NCBI RefSeq assembly: GCF_009914755.1
Contig: NC_060929.1
DNA length: 64,000 bases
Source of the DNA: the human T2T-CHM13v2.0 reference genome, Homo sapiens
Direction: 5' to 3' (one strand)
The notes beneath the pieces were generated by a model. That model saw nothing but the letters and a program-made list of their open reading frames with translations. It was not told the origin of the DNA and ran no database searches. Made by a program: the position numbers and the translations under genes. Position 1 is the stretch's first letter. Every line of letters starts with the position of its first letter. Below are positions 41,001-55,602 of the stretch, one piece after another.

Positions 41001-42840
41001 TGTCAACTCTTTTATAGATAAGGACACTGAGGCCCAGAGAGTCAAGTAACCTGCCCAAGATCACCTAGCTGGTCATTAGCCAAGCTGGGATTTGAACCCA
41101 GACCTCTGGCCTTGGAAACTTTGACCTCGCCAATCTGCTCCAGTTCACTGTGGTGCTTGACAAATGTTGTTGAACTTTGGAAGTAGGGTTTTCAAGAGAA
41201 AGAGACACAGAGAGACAGAGTCAGTCCCTGACCTTGAGACACGACTGCTTCCAGGGTTGAGATGGAAAGTGTAGCTTTGGAGCACGTGGACTTGGTCTTA
41301 CAGAGCCTCCCCAAGACTGGCTGGTCTACCTGCCCTGGGCCTGCCCTGGGTCTCACTTTCCAATGTATAAAACAGAAGAATCATGATCACTGCCACCATT
41401 ATAGAGCAGCCCCTGGACCTACTTCACATTATCCCGCCTAATCCTCCTAACAACTGTATGAAGTGGGTGTTAATATCCCTTTTTCACCGATGAGGAACCT
41501 GAGGGTCAGACAGGTCCACAGCTAAGAACCAGCAGTCTGGGGATTTGAACTAGAACCAAATGGACACTGGGGCCTGGGTAACTTCACTCTTGCCTGGAGC
41601 AGTCAGAATATAACGTACTGAGTACTGCACACAGTAAGCCTTCAACCCATGCAAGTTCTTTTCCTCCCTCCCCACGTTCCCCTACCCATGACCCAGTGTG
41701 GGAGTCTTCCACACCCATTTGCAGGTTCTCAAGAAAGTGCCTGTGTGCCAGTACCCGAGACCTAGCTGCTCCTACGGGTTCACTTGGCTGGCCCTGGCCT
41801 GTGCGAGCCGGCTGTTTCCTGCAGTGTCCCAGGGACGGGGACAGCACCTGCGGGTGCCTGACACAGAGGACACTCCCTCGCCCCCATGCAGCTTGGGGCA
41901 CTGTCACCATGGAGAGGCACCAACAGGCCTCCGCAATATTTGGGTAACACAAGCTGGAAGGGTTCCTCCTCGTTCCAGGGCCCAGGCCTGGGCACGTCGG
42001 GCTGTGGGCTTGGGGAGGGGCCTGGGGAATTCTGAGGCGCAGACTGACAACCCCAGAGGAAAGCAGAATCCACGATCAACACCAGTGGGGTTCCCAGCAC
42101 CCTTCGTCTCAGTGCTTCCTCCCTCAACCCCACCAAAGAACAACCGCTAATCCCAATTTTCGTATAGGGAAACTGAGGCTCAGAGAGGCAAGGTCATTTG
42201 GCTGGAGTGAAACAACCCAGAAACGGTAGAACCAGGATCTGCACCCCAAAGCCTATGTTCTCTCGCTGTCACAGGCCTCTCGCTAAGCCCGACACGAGGG
42301 TCATCCATTCTGGCTCACGATCCCTTACCCATAATTCCAAAACCCTGAAAACCAAAAGATAGTTCATAAGTTTGGCCCCAAAGCTCATTTGGCATGACCC
42401 AGCTCCACCATTCACAAGCCATGAGGCCTTGAACAAGTAATGTCATCACTCTGAGCCCCACAGTCCTGTAAAATCTGAAACACGGGAGAGTCGCCGTGCT
42501 GTCCTCACCAGCAGCCAGGAGGCCTGAGTGACTGTGGGGGCCCAGGATTCTGCATTTAACAAGTCCTCGAGGGACTTCTGATGCACACTCTGTTTGGGCA
42601 CCACTCTTTTAAGGCATCTACCTGACCATGCCACTTCCACGCTCTAAAGTCTTCTGTAGCTCCCTATTGCCTTCTGGATAAAGTCCAAGAGCCTTAGCAT
42701 GGCCTGAACTAATGGGAAGCTACATACTGATAGTTTTTATTTTTTTCCACTTTGCACGTGCATGTTTTGATGCAGAAACAGTTGTGTGTTTGTTTATGGA
42801 TGAAGATCCCCATTGGGTGTGTTAGGTGATAAAGGGTGTA

Positions 42841-43276
42841 CAGTTAACTTTTGAATAACACAGGTTTGAACTGAATAAGTCCCCTCTTACATGGATGTTC
42901 TTCTGCCTCTCCCACCCCTGAGACACCAGGACCAACCCCTCCTCTGCCTCTCCCTCCTCCGGCTACTCACCGTGAGGAGGATAAGGATGAAGATCTTTAT
43001 GATGATCCACTTCCGCTTAATGAACAGTAACTGTATTTTCTCTTCTTTATGATTTTCTTAAAAACATTTCCTTTTCTTTGGCTTACTTATTTTAAGCATA
43101 TAGTATATACAACATATAACACACAAAATATGTGTTAACTGACCATTTATGTTATGGCTTCCAGTCAGCAGAAGGCTATCAGTCATTAAGTTTCAGGGAA
43201 GTCCAAAGTTATAGGTGGATTTTGACTGTGTCGGAGGTCAGCACCCGTAACCCCCATGTTGCTCAAGGGTCAACTG
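42841..43276 (+). mobile_element. Tigger2a (TcMar-Tigger) non-autonomous element
   Basis: TIRs cagttaacttttgaataac / gttgctcaagggtcaactg flanked by TA; ~436 bp. Confidence 0.85.
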
Positions 43277-43825
43277 TATTTCCCTTTTTAAAACCTGAAA
43301 AACCCAGAATCCTGAAACCTCCAGTCTCAAGGGATTGTGGGCCCTTAGTATTCTAAGGCACCTGTTGTTTGCTAGGCACCAGGCTGAGCACTTTGCACAG
43401 GTGATCGTGTTTCGTCCTAGCCGACCTAGGCAGACGCGCTGTTATCATCCCCACTGGACAGATGAGAACACTGAGGCTCCAGACAGTGAAGCAACTTGGC
43501 CAGTTCACACGGCGGTAACAGAATGAGCCTCGAACCGCCACCAGGAGCCACACACGTCGTTAGCATGTGCTCTGTCATTTTCTCCTGCCCTCGTCCCTGT
43601 CTGTCAGCCTGGCTGGGCACCAGGTAAACAGGTCCGAGGCATGAGTCACCTCCAGCAGCCTGTCACGGGGCTGGGAAAACAGGCTGGCCACCTCCTGTCA
43701 GCCAGGGCCACAAGGGGAGGGCTTTGAATGCTGGTTAGAGCCTTTCAATTTTACCCAGAAAGCAGTTGGGAGCCATGGAAGGGTTTAGAGCAGGGAAGTG
43801 TCGTGGTTATGTGGATGACCTAAAG

Positions 43826-44011
43826 GAGTGGTCCCCAATCCTGAGTGCACATCTGAATCCCCAGGAAGCTTGTTCAACACAGAGCGCTGGGCCCCACCCC
43901 AGAGTTTCTGATTCAGTCGTTCTGAGGTGGGGCCGGGGAATTTTCATTTCTAACAGGTTCCTGGGCAACACTGTTGCGGGTGGTGCGGTGACCACACTTT
44001 GAGAACCAATG
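43826..44011. mobile_element. MER5A hAT MITE
   Basis: gggccccaccccagagtttctgattcagt..catttctaaca..cacactttgagaacca. Confidence 0.88.
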
Positions 44012-44394
44012 TTCTAGAACAACACAGTGGGGGGAGGGTAGCAGGTGTGCCCGGACTTTCCACTGTAATAAGAGCCGTCATTTTGGGGTGCCAGGGATGT
44101 GCCACATTCATCACTTAACCCCCACAGCGCACACAGGATGAACTGAGCCTCAGTAAGGAGAAACTGCCTGTCCAGGGCCACACAGCTCAGAAGTGGTGGC
44201 CAGGGACTCCCATCTTGGGGACTGGGGTTCCAGAAGGATCCCCCCCTCCCACTGCCCTACCTCTTACCTGGTACCTGTGACAGCTTGGAGGATAGCACGG
44301 GTGGCCATCCTTAGTGAGCTGCGCTGAACCGCTATGGACTAGGTCAAGGCACTCTGGAGTCGAGCAAACAGATGCGGGAACTGGCATCCCCGAG

Positions 44395-44501
44395 CTCTGG
44401 ACCCCAGACCCACTCCTCCTCTGGGCCCCAGACCCACTCCTCCTCTGGGCCCCAGACCCACTCCTCCTCTGGGCCCCAGACCCACTCCTCCTCTGGGCCC
44501 C
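44395..44501. repeat. 24-bp minisatellite (CTCTGGGCCCCAGACCCACTCCTC) x ~4.5
   Basis: Near-perfect tandem copies with one substitution in the first unit. Confidence 0.97.
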
Positions 44502-46390
44502 CAGCTGTAAAGAGATTGTTCTGACTCCCCGTCACTCGGGCAGGGCGAGGAGCAGTTTCAAGCAGACCCAACTACAGATGCTGCAGAGGGAGGGAGGGGT
44601 CGTCAGAGCGAGCCTGGAGACCCCCATCCCTGGAGAAGCCTCTGCCTCCAATCCCCCAAATGGCTGCATCAGAGAAATCCAGGCCATTTCTCCCACAAGC
44701 CCTGCTCTCCAGCTGGATGGTGCCCTCAGCCTCCCCTCCGAAGGGCTCATCCTGGAGATGGCCCTCCTCCATGTACCCCCAGGAAGGGATGGCACTGGGG
44801 GAAGAGGGGCCCATCAGTGGCTGTCATCGCTCTGCTCCCAACAAGGCCTTGGCTCGTTGTCCTGGTCCCCTTTCTGGCTGAGTGACCTTGAGCCCCAATC
44901 TGGGCTTCTCTTTCCTCATTTGCAGACTACTTGCCTGCCTCACTGGCTTTCAGGTGGGACGCAACACTATCAGGAAAACCACTGCTCCCTGAGGACCTAC
45001 TATGATGCCAGGCCTATTGTCAGAGACCTGCTAGACATCCACGACGGATGTGATAGGCATTGGAATGCACACAAAGATACTGCCCCTTCCAGAGCCTTCT
45101 CTAGCTCTGCTGGTGGGCTTCCTCCCCAGACAGGCCTGGGGACACCCCACCATCACCCCCTGAAACAAATCAGGCAGATCATTAAGGATTAAACAGGAGT
45201 GACGGCTGTTTGGCCGAAACATGATTTTCTGAACTTTTCCATATGCTTGAGATATTTTATGGTACAATCACGCCGGCCCAGTAAGTGTGAAGCTGGCCTG
45301 GGAGAGAGGAGGCAGGATGGAGGAACTGGGTCAGGAGCTGGCCAAGCTCCTGGCCCTCCAGATGTAATGATGGAGCAGATGGGAGGCTGTGAGTCACTGA
45401 GAAATGCCCGGATGATTGGGATATTGCTAAAACTCTGAAGTCCCAGATTCCCTTGTGGGCTCCTGGCAAGGGTGTGGAGCTAGTGAACCCATGAACCAGC
45501 AGAGCAAACCAGGATGTCCAGGGTGACTGAGTCTGGGAGCAGGGACCAGCCAACAATACCCTTCTCAGTCTCTCCACGTGGTGGAATGGGGAAGTGAAGC
45601 CATTCCCGGGAGCCCTTGTGGTTCTGTGTCCAGCCTGAGCCACAGCTTCACCCAACTGGCGCCGGCCAGGTGGACCTCCTGAGGTCTTGGGGTGGGCCTC
45701 GGGCTCCTCAAGCCAGCCAGAAGCAGCAGATCAGCTCCCAGCTCCTAACCCCTGGGCCTGGCCGGAAAGCACCTCAGCTCCAGGGACGGGTCAGCTGCAG
45801 CTTGTTGTGCGGTTGCTAAGTTCTGTGCTGATCAGTCCGGGCCTCATGGGTTTTTTCCCTCTGGTTTCATGTTCTGACGGGAACTGAGTGAATCTGGAGC
45901 GAGTTAATTGCAGCCACAGCATTCCAGAGGGTGTTACGCTGCAAGTTCCTCCCTGGCCCCAGCTCCCCGAGTCCACACCCTCCCCGGCTGTGGGCTGGAG
46001 GCTGGAATATGAGCAGCTCTACAGGACTGGACCCTGAGGAATCCGCTGTTCTTTCTAGACACTAACTTGCCTTCCAGGGTGAGGAAAAAGGTTTAAGGTC
46101 AAAAACGCATATCTGCCCCTTGGTTCCACAGCTCTCTTTTCTGGCATTTAAGGCTCCACACATTTTGTTCCAAAAGTCATCCCCCAGCCTCATGTCCCAC
46201 AGTGCCCTGCACCCTCTCTGAGCCAGCCAGACCAGGCTGTTCCCCAGATATCCCCGCACGGGCTCACCTCTCCCCTCCTTGCTGTCTCTGCCCAGCCAGA
46301 TCTGATCCACCCTCCCTCCCTCCCTTCCTTCCCTCCTTCCTTTCTTCCTTTTTCCTTCCTTCTCTCCTGCAGACGATATTTGTGCTGTCA

Positions 46391-47024
<634 letters not shown>

Positions 47025-47049
47025 GTGTAAGCTCTATGACGGCATATTG

Positions 47050-47175
47050 TATGTATGTGGACTTGTGTGTGTATGCTGTGCCTGTGTATGTATGTGTAAG
47101 TGTGTGTTTGTGTGTATATCTATGTGTATTTGTGTATGTATGTGTGTGTGCATGTGTGTGTGTGTTTGTGTGTAT
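47050..47175. repeat. Degenerate (TG)n
   Basis: gtgtgtatg... run. Confidence 0.9.
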
Positions 47176-48194
47176 GGGGGCCAGTTGGGGAGACCAGGGA
47201 AGGCCTCTCTGAGCAGGTGAATTTGGGCAGAGACCTGGGGGAGATGCTGGCACTGTGGGGCAGGTGCCCAGGCTCTGCGGGCACCTGGGAGGGAGGCCTG
47301 CAGGGTAAAGCAAAGAGAGTGAAGGCAGGGAGGGGGTGGCAGGGCCTGAGCAGCTAGGGCTTGGTGTACCGGCCAGGCATTGGAGGTGTCCCCCAAGCGT
47401 GTTGGGGAGGTGGGACTCTCAGAGCCATATTTTCAAAGGACCCCTCTGGCTGCCTTGTGGCCAAGGATGGAAGCCCAGCAGGGACTTGAGGCCAGGCGAG
47501 AGACAACTGGGCAGTCCTGAGGGGTGGGCACTGGAGGGGTGGGCGGCAGCCGAGCCAGCATATATTTTGGAGGAAGAGCTGCGAGGCAGGCCTAGGTGGG
47601 AGGGAGATAAAGTCATCAACACAGCTCCAGGGTTTGGGCTGATCCACTTGCAGGAAGGGATGGAGGCCGTGGTGGGGAAGGTGGGAACAGAGCAGGGTCA
47701 CAGAGGCAAACCCCAGAGATGGGCAGGGTTCCAGCCCACAGGGAGCCTTGGGAGCCCTGCAGGCAACCAACGAACCCCCTCTGGACTGCTCTGAGGACAG
47801 CGGAGGAGCCATCGAAGGCTTGCAGGCAGGAGAGTTCCAGAACAATTCTGGTGTGACCTCCTCGCAAAAGCCTCTTGGTGCACGTGGCCTCTCCCCTGCA
47901 CAAGTCATAAAGTCACTTCATCTGGTGATCTTGACTCAGTTTCCCCAATAATTTGTTGCATTCTAAAAGCTTTTGCTCTGTGCCAGGCACTGGACTAACT
48001 CCTATACCAGCGCTCGTGCATGAATGATGAGGCAGAGACTATTTACCCCTCCACTATTTCACAGAGGCAAAGACAGACACAGAGAGGGACAGCCACTTGC
48101 CCAACGGCACACAGCTGAGAAGCTGGGATTCAGACCCAGGCAGTCTGGCTCTCGAGTCTGTGTGTCCAACCACTCCACTCCACCCCCTGGCTCC

Positions 48195-48212
48195 CCACAC
48201 ACATACCTGCAT

Positions 48213-48249
<37 letters not shown>

Positions 48250-48270
48250 TAAACATACACACATGTGTGC
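48195..48270. repeat. (CA)n microsatellite
   Basis: cacacacaca run. Confidence 0.92.
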
Positions 48271-50010
48271 ATCTGCACATGAGGCGTGGAGAGCCTGTGC
48301 TGGAGGATGCTGTCCCGGCCGGCCTGGTTTTATGTGCAGGGCCCCCTCTGTGTTTATTCATTCACTAGATAAATATTTCTATGGGAGGGCCAGACTGGGG
48401 CTGCTGGGAAGCCGAGATGAGGAGCCCGTGTTTCCTGCCTGCACAGGGATAGGGAGAGGTGGGGACCCGGGGCGGTGAAGTCCATCAGGCAGGTTGCGCG
48501 GTGCCTGGAGAGAGGGAAGCCCCACACAGGGCCAGGGGCGGGCAGGAGCAGGGACAGGAGAGCATGGGGAGTCACCCCAGCCCTGTGTGACCATGGGCAA
48601 GTCACCTCTGCTCCCAGCCTCAGATTCCACCTTGCTGTCATGGGGACAGGGACGCCTACCTCCTAGAGCTGTCATGAAGGTTCTGCAGGAAGAGTCACAG
48701 CACCAACCCTCTCATGGTTGTTCTTTCTTTCCTACTGTGGCGAAAAATGGTGACTGTTACGCTGCCACTCCGTGGAGAGAAGCAGGACTTCTGTTTCACA
48801 GACTGGGTTTAACATTCCCAGGGCCTTTTTTTTTTCTCTCTCTCTGAGAAGTTCCTTTGCTCAGCAAGGCTGTCGGGGGCACTGGTAAAGGTTGGGTGCT
48901 GGGTCTTGGCTCCTTAGCACCCCACTTCCCACCCCCCACCCCCCACCCCCAGTGACTCTGGCAGCGGATGTGGGGACACCGAGCCACAGGGATTCTCAGC
49001 TGTCGCTCGACACAGCGGATCCAGGGCCCTTATTTAGAGCCTTGGCTCAGGGGGCTGGGGGAGACGCTCTCTGTCCCAACAGTAATTCCCTTGCTCTCCC
49101 CACCTCCTCACCCTCCTAGGGGTGGGGCTCAAGAACTCAGACTCCCCAGCCTTGGGCCTGGGCTCAGAACCTTTCCTGGGCCCTTCCAGAAACCCTCCCT
49201 GCCACCGGCTGACCAGTGGCCTGGACTCCTGCATTTAGTGGCTGCTGCAGAGTGAGTTAGTGACCTGGAGAGAAGGAAATAGAGGCTCCCTCTGGAAGGG
49301 AGGTGTGTTATGAAAGTGTTTCCCTCTGCTGGGACACCCAGACCCCTACCAGTATCATTGGACTTGAACACCACGTTAGACAACATGTGTCTTCATACGA
49401 ATACACATAACATAGCAGACAGCCTAGAAGGAAGACTAGAAGGAAAGATGGCAACATGTTGATATTCCTGTCTCTGGGTGGTGTGAGGTTATGAGTGGTC
49501 TTTATTTACATGTCTTTTTTTTTCTGTATTTGCTAAATTTTCTCCATTGAAAATGTACTACTATTAAAATCACAAGAAAAAAGTACCTTTTAAAAAGGAT
49601 CTATTGTATATTTTCCATTTTGTTAAATGGAAGCATAAGATATAAAATATCTCACTTCTGGACACAAAAATATACGTGTAACATTGAAAAGTTAAAATTG
49701 TAAGATTACATATAACCCACATGAGAACAGAACATATGTCAAACCTGCGACTACAGTAACGTGTATGTGTATTTGTAGATTCTGAATAAGAAAATTTTAT
49801 GTGAGAGAGAATGGAAGTACTATGCCCCGTAGGGTCCCCCACTACCACACAAAGAGAGGGCTCCCATTTATTTATGTCTGACTGTCGTGCTAGGCTACGA
49901 GGCAATTGAGGGTCAAGGGAAACTTTTACTTCTCTCTGTGTCCTAATGAGGACTTGACACTCAATAAACATTTGTAGATGAACAAGCAAATATCTGCTTT
50001 AAAAATAAAT

Positions 50011-50705
<695 letters not shown>

Positions 50706-50733
50706 CAGATATCTTCAAGGGCCCTTGGGGCTA

Positions 50734-51222
<489 letters not shown>

Positions 51223-51830
51223 TCATAAAAGAGATCAACAGGTCCTCAACTTCAGACACAAAGATAGGGACAGGTGTGTCCCAAGTACAGGCCAACATCC
51301 TCCTGAAGATGGTGCTTTCTCTTCCTACTGGGGCTTCTCCCATGGAGACAAGAGGCAGCCCACAACAGGAATTTAGGGGACGTGCCATTCGCTCAAGAAG
51401 GAAATGCCAAAAGTGAGGAGGACAGAAAAGAGTCCCTGCTGTCCTTCCTGTGTCCTGGTGCTGGGTTTACTTGTCTGCGTTTCCCTCTAGACTGAGTTCC
51501 TTACATGCGGGGCTAGGGTTGGGGGTGCTTCTCCATCTTTGTCTAGGAAACCCAAAACAATCAATTAAATTCAAGTAGCATTTTTGTCACATTTCTACCC
51601 CCTGGGCCTTTTCACTGGGGACAACGGAATGAGTGAGCATTTGGGCATTTGTTCAGAAATATTCACTGGGCTTCCGGGATGTGCCAGGCACAGCTGCAGC
51701 TCCCACGCTTGTGAAGTTCACTTGTGCTGTTGCCACTGCCACTGACATCTTAAACCCACTCCACACTGTATGTATTTTGACTTGGGGAATGTTTTCTTTT
51801 TTTTTTTTTTTCTTTTTAAAAGAAAATAGT

Positions 51831-52129
51831 GGCCGGGCATGGTGGCTCACATCTGTAATCGCAGCACTTTGGGAGGCCAAGGCAGGCAGATCACTTGAGG
51901 TCAGGAGTTTGAGACTACCCTGGCCAACATGGTGAAACCCCATCTCTACCAAAAATACAAAAATTAGCCAGGCGTGGTGGCGCATGCCTGTAATCCCAGC
52001 TACTCGGGAGGCTGAGGCAGGAGAATCGCTTCAACCCAGGAGACAGAAGTTGCAGTGAGCCGAGATCACGTCATTGCACTCCAGCCTGGGTGACAGAGTG
52101 AGACTCTGTCTCAAGAAAAAAAAAGAAAA
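51831..52129 (+). mobile_element. AluS
   Basis: Full dimer with A tail. Confidence 0.95.
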
Positions 52130-52131
52130 CA

Positions 52132-52710
52132 GATTTCCACTCCTAGGAATATACTAGGTATATACTCAAGAGAAATGAAATTATACATCCACACAAAAAC
52201 GTGTACACTCACAAATGTTCATAGCAGCATTCTTCATAATAGCAAAAAAAAAATGGAAACAACCCAAATGTCCACCAACCAAAGAATGAATAATAAAATA
52301 TAGTTTATTCATACAACGATGGAATATTATTTGGCCCTGAAAAGGAATGCAGTACTGATATATGCCATGACATGGATGGCCTTGAGAACATGAAGCTAGG
52401 TGTAAGGAAACAGTCACAGAAGGTCACATCTTGTATGATTCCATGTATATAAAATGTCCAGAGTAGACAAAACTATGGAGACATAATTGGATTATCGGTT
52501 GCTTACGCTGGTGGTGAAGGGGAAGAGGAGTGACTCCTGATGGGGTAGGGGGTTTCTTTCTGGGGTGATGAAAGTGTTCTTAAACTGATTGTGGCGATGG
52601 TTGCACAACTGTGAATATACGAAAAACCATGGAATTGTCCATTTTGCGTGGGTGAAGTATATGGTATGTGATTATATTTCAATAAAGCTGTTATAAAACA
52701 AAAAAGAAAC
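52132..52710 (+). mobile_element. L1MB-type 3' end
   Basis: ttccactcctagg..aatgttcatagcagca..tggaaacaacccaaatgtcca..caataaagctgtt. Confidence 0.88.
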
Positions 52711-53372
52711 AAAATAGAGAATTTCCCCTTTCAAGCACACCAAGTGTCACGGAAATTGATTTCACAACCGAGTGTTCTGCTTTGGTTTATGAGTGGAATT
52801 TTTATTTTTCAACAGCTTTGAGCTCATTCTTCAAGTCTCCTTTTCTCAAGGTTTGCTTTGTCCTCAGAAGCCTCCAGTTTCCCTTGCCACCGCCTGTCTC
52901 CAGTCCAGGGAACGCTATCTGTGGCCCTTGGCCCACCTCATTCCTCGCCCACCACTGCCCCCACCCCCAGTGCCCACCCTGCCAGGCTGCTGCCAGCTCC
53001 CAAATGCCAGAGCTGCCACCTGGGGCCCTGGAGACACCAGGGCCCACACTGTTGTGATGTGTTTGGATGGGGAGTGCGTTCGGTGCCAGCGTTACCAGGC
53101 TCGAAGGGTGACTAATCCCGTCTGCATTTTTGGTTTCAGCTGCCTGGCCTGCTCAGCTGGAGAACCCTGCATCTGTCAGCTGTTTTCAGAGAAGCTCACC
53201 TCACAGTTGTGGATGCCAGAGCATAAGCCCATTCCCCAGCCCCCCAGCACCACCTACACATGAGTGTGGGCCACAGAAATCGATTGAACACCTACTATGT
53301 GCCGGGCACTATTCTGAGGACACAGCAGTGATAAGAAAGAGTACTTGTTCTAACAGAATAACAAAAATACAT

Positions 53373-53590
53373 AGGAAAGAAGGAAGGAAGGGAGGGAGGG
53401 AAAAAGAAAGAAAAAGGAAGGAAGGAAGAAAGGAAGGAAGGAAAGGAGGGAGGGAGAGAGGGAGGGAAAAAGAAAGAAAAAGGAAGAAAGAAAGGAAGGA
53501 AGGAAAGAAGGAAGGAAGAAAGGAAGGGAGGGAGGGAAGGAGGGAAAGAAAAAAGAGAGAGAAAGAAAGAAAAAGAAAGAAAGAAAGAAA
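53373..53590. repeat. Polypurine (GGAA/GAAA/GGGA)n tract
   Basis: ~220 bp purine-only. Confidence 0.96.
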
Positions 53591-53847
53591 GATCTAGATA
53601 ATGTTAGAGGCTCTGCTCATCTAAATTAAACAAGGTGAAGTGATCGTGAATACTTAGAAGAACTTCTGATTGAGTGGTTGGTGTGGGGAGGCAGCCTCTC
53701 TGGGGAGGTGGCTGAGGACAAACCGTCTGAGTGAAGATCTGGAAAGAGAATGAGCCAACATGGTTCCTGCCTCACAGCCAAGGGGGAAGGAGAAAAAACA
53801 AAGTTGGGGCAGTGGGCAGGCCAGGTTTTCCTTTTTAAATGCCACAG

Positions 53848-54203
<356 letters not shown>

Positions 54204-54394
54204 TCACTCTGGCTGCTGGGTGGGGAGTGGACAGGTGTTAGGTAACGGGAAAGTTGGGACCAGGACAGCCTTCAACCCTGGTTCAGGCCCTGCTCTGTCT
54301 GCCCCCTACTTCTTCCAGTGGGGCCTGGGCAAGACTCCCCCACTCACTCTGGTAACACTGTAGTGGTTTTGGTTGGGGTTTATTTTTCAGCCTC

Positions 54395-54651
54395 GGGTTC
54401 TTGCTCTGTTGCTAGGCTGAAGTGCAGTGGGCTCAAGCAATCCTCCCGCCTCAGCCTTCCAAGTATCTGGAGTCACAAGCATGACCGATGGCACCCAGCT
54501 AACTTTTTTTTTTTTTTTTTTTTTACTTTTTGTGGAGAACAGGATTTTGCTGTGTTGCCCAGGCTGGTCTCAAACTCCTGGGATCAAGCAATCCTCCAGC
54601 CTCAGCCTCCCAAAGTGCTGAGATTATAGGTGTGAGCCACTGCACCTGGCC
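54395..54651 (-). mobile_element. AluJ (partially deleted)
   Basis: ggctcaagcaatcctcccgcctcagcc..tgttgcccaggctggtctcaaactcctgg. Confidence 0.85.
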
Positions 54652-54744
54652 TAACTTTATTTTTTAAAAGGAAATTATGTCATAGCCAAAGGCCATGGGT
54701 TTGACGCACAGGTTACATGTGTTTTCTAATCCACATGAACATAA

Positions 54745-55050
<306 letters not shown>

Positions 55051-55269
55051 TCCAAAATATATAACTATTTTTAAAGTTTAGGTGAATGAGTGAATATAGT
55101 CTTAATGCTAAAGATGAATAGTGAAATTATAAGAATAAAGGTTTATGGGAACACATGGATTTGACACAGTATTTTTTCTAATATACATTAAAATAAAATA
55201 CTTATTTTTTAAAAATGTTAACCCAAGTACCAGTTTGAATCATCTCATGCAAGTTTGGGAAATAGCAAT

Positions 55270-55490
55270 ACATAAATTAGGGTCGGGGACTTCACGCTAG
55301 CCGGGCTCTGGCTATGGTATTTCCTGGTTGTGAGGCTTTGACCTGGTTACTTAACCTCTCTGAGCCTGAGTTTCCTCTTCAGTGAAGTGGAGATAATGAC
55401 CCAACCTCATCAGGGTGTTGTGAGAACTAAATGTATGAGAAGTGTTTAGAATGGTGCTGCACAGAGCGCTGGCTGAACACACAATATCTA
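55270..55490 (+). mobile_element. MIR SINE
   Basis: gttacttaacctctctgagcct..gtttcctc..gttgtgaga..taaatg. Confidence 0.8.
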
Positions 55491-55531
55491 GTTACACAAA
55501 TCAAACAGGCTGCAATTAAATTCCACCAGAA

Positions 55532-55602
55532 GGCTGGGTGCACCACGGCACTCCAGCCTGGGCCACAAAGTGAGACTCTGTCTCAAAAAAAAAAAAAAAA
55601 AA
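55532..55602 (+). mobile_element. Internally deleted mini-Alu (5' ~10 nt + 3' ~45 nt + A18)
   Basis: ggctgggtgc joined to accacggcactccagcctggg..tctc(A)18; TSD AAATTCCACCAG on both sides. Confidence 0.85.

Noticed and set aside
44002-44015. Glucocorticoid response element-like AGAACCAATGTTCT
   Set aside because: 2-nt spacer instead of 3, and it is the end of a MER5A
44395-44501. CRISPR-like direct repeats
   Set aside because: Head-to-tail tandem units with no spacers, in eukaryotic DNA
44314-45192. 292-aa ORF as a CDS
   Set aside because: GTG start, GC-rich chance composition, minisatellite-inflated, runs into MIR-like sequence, no recognisable domain
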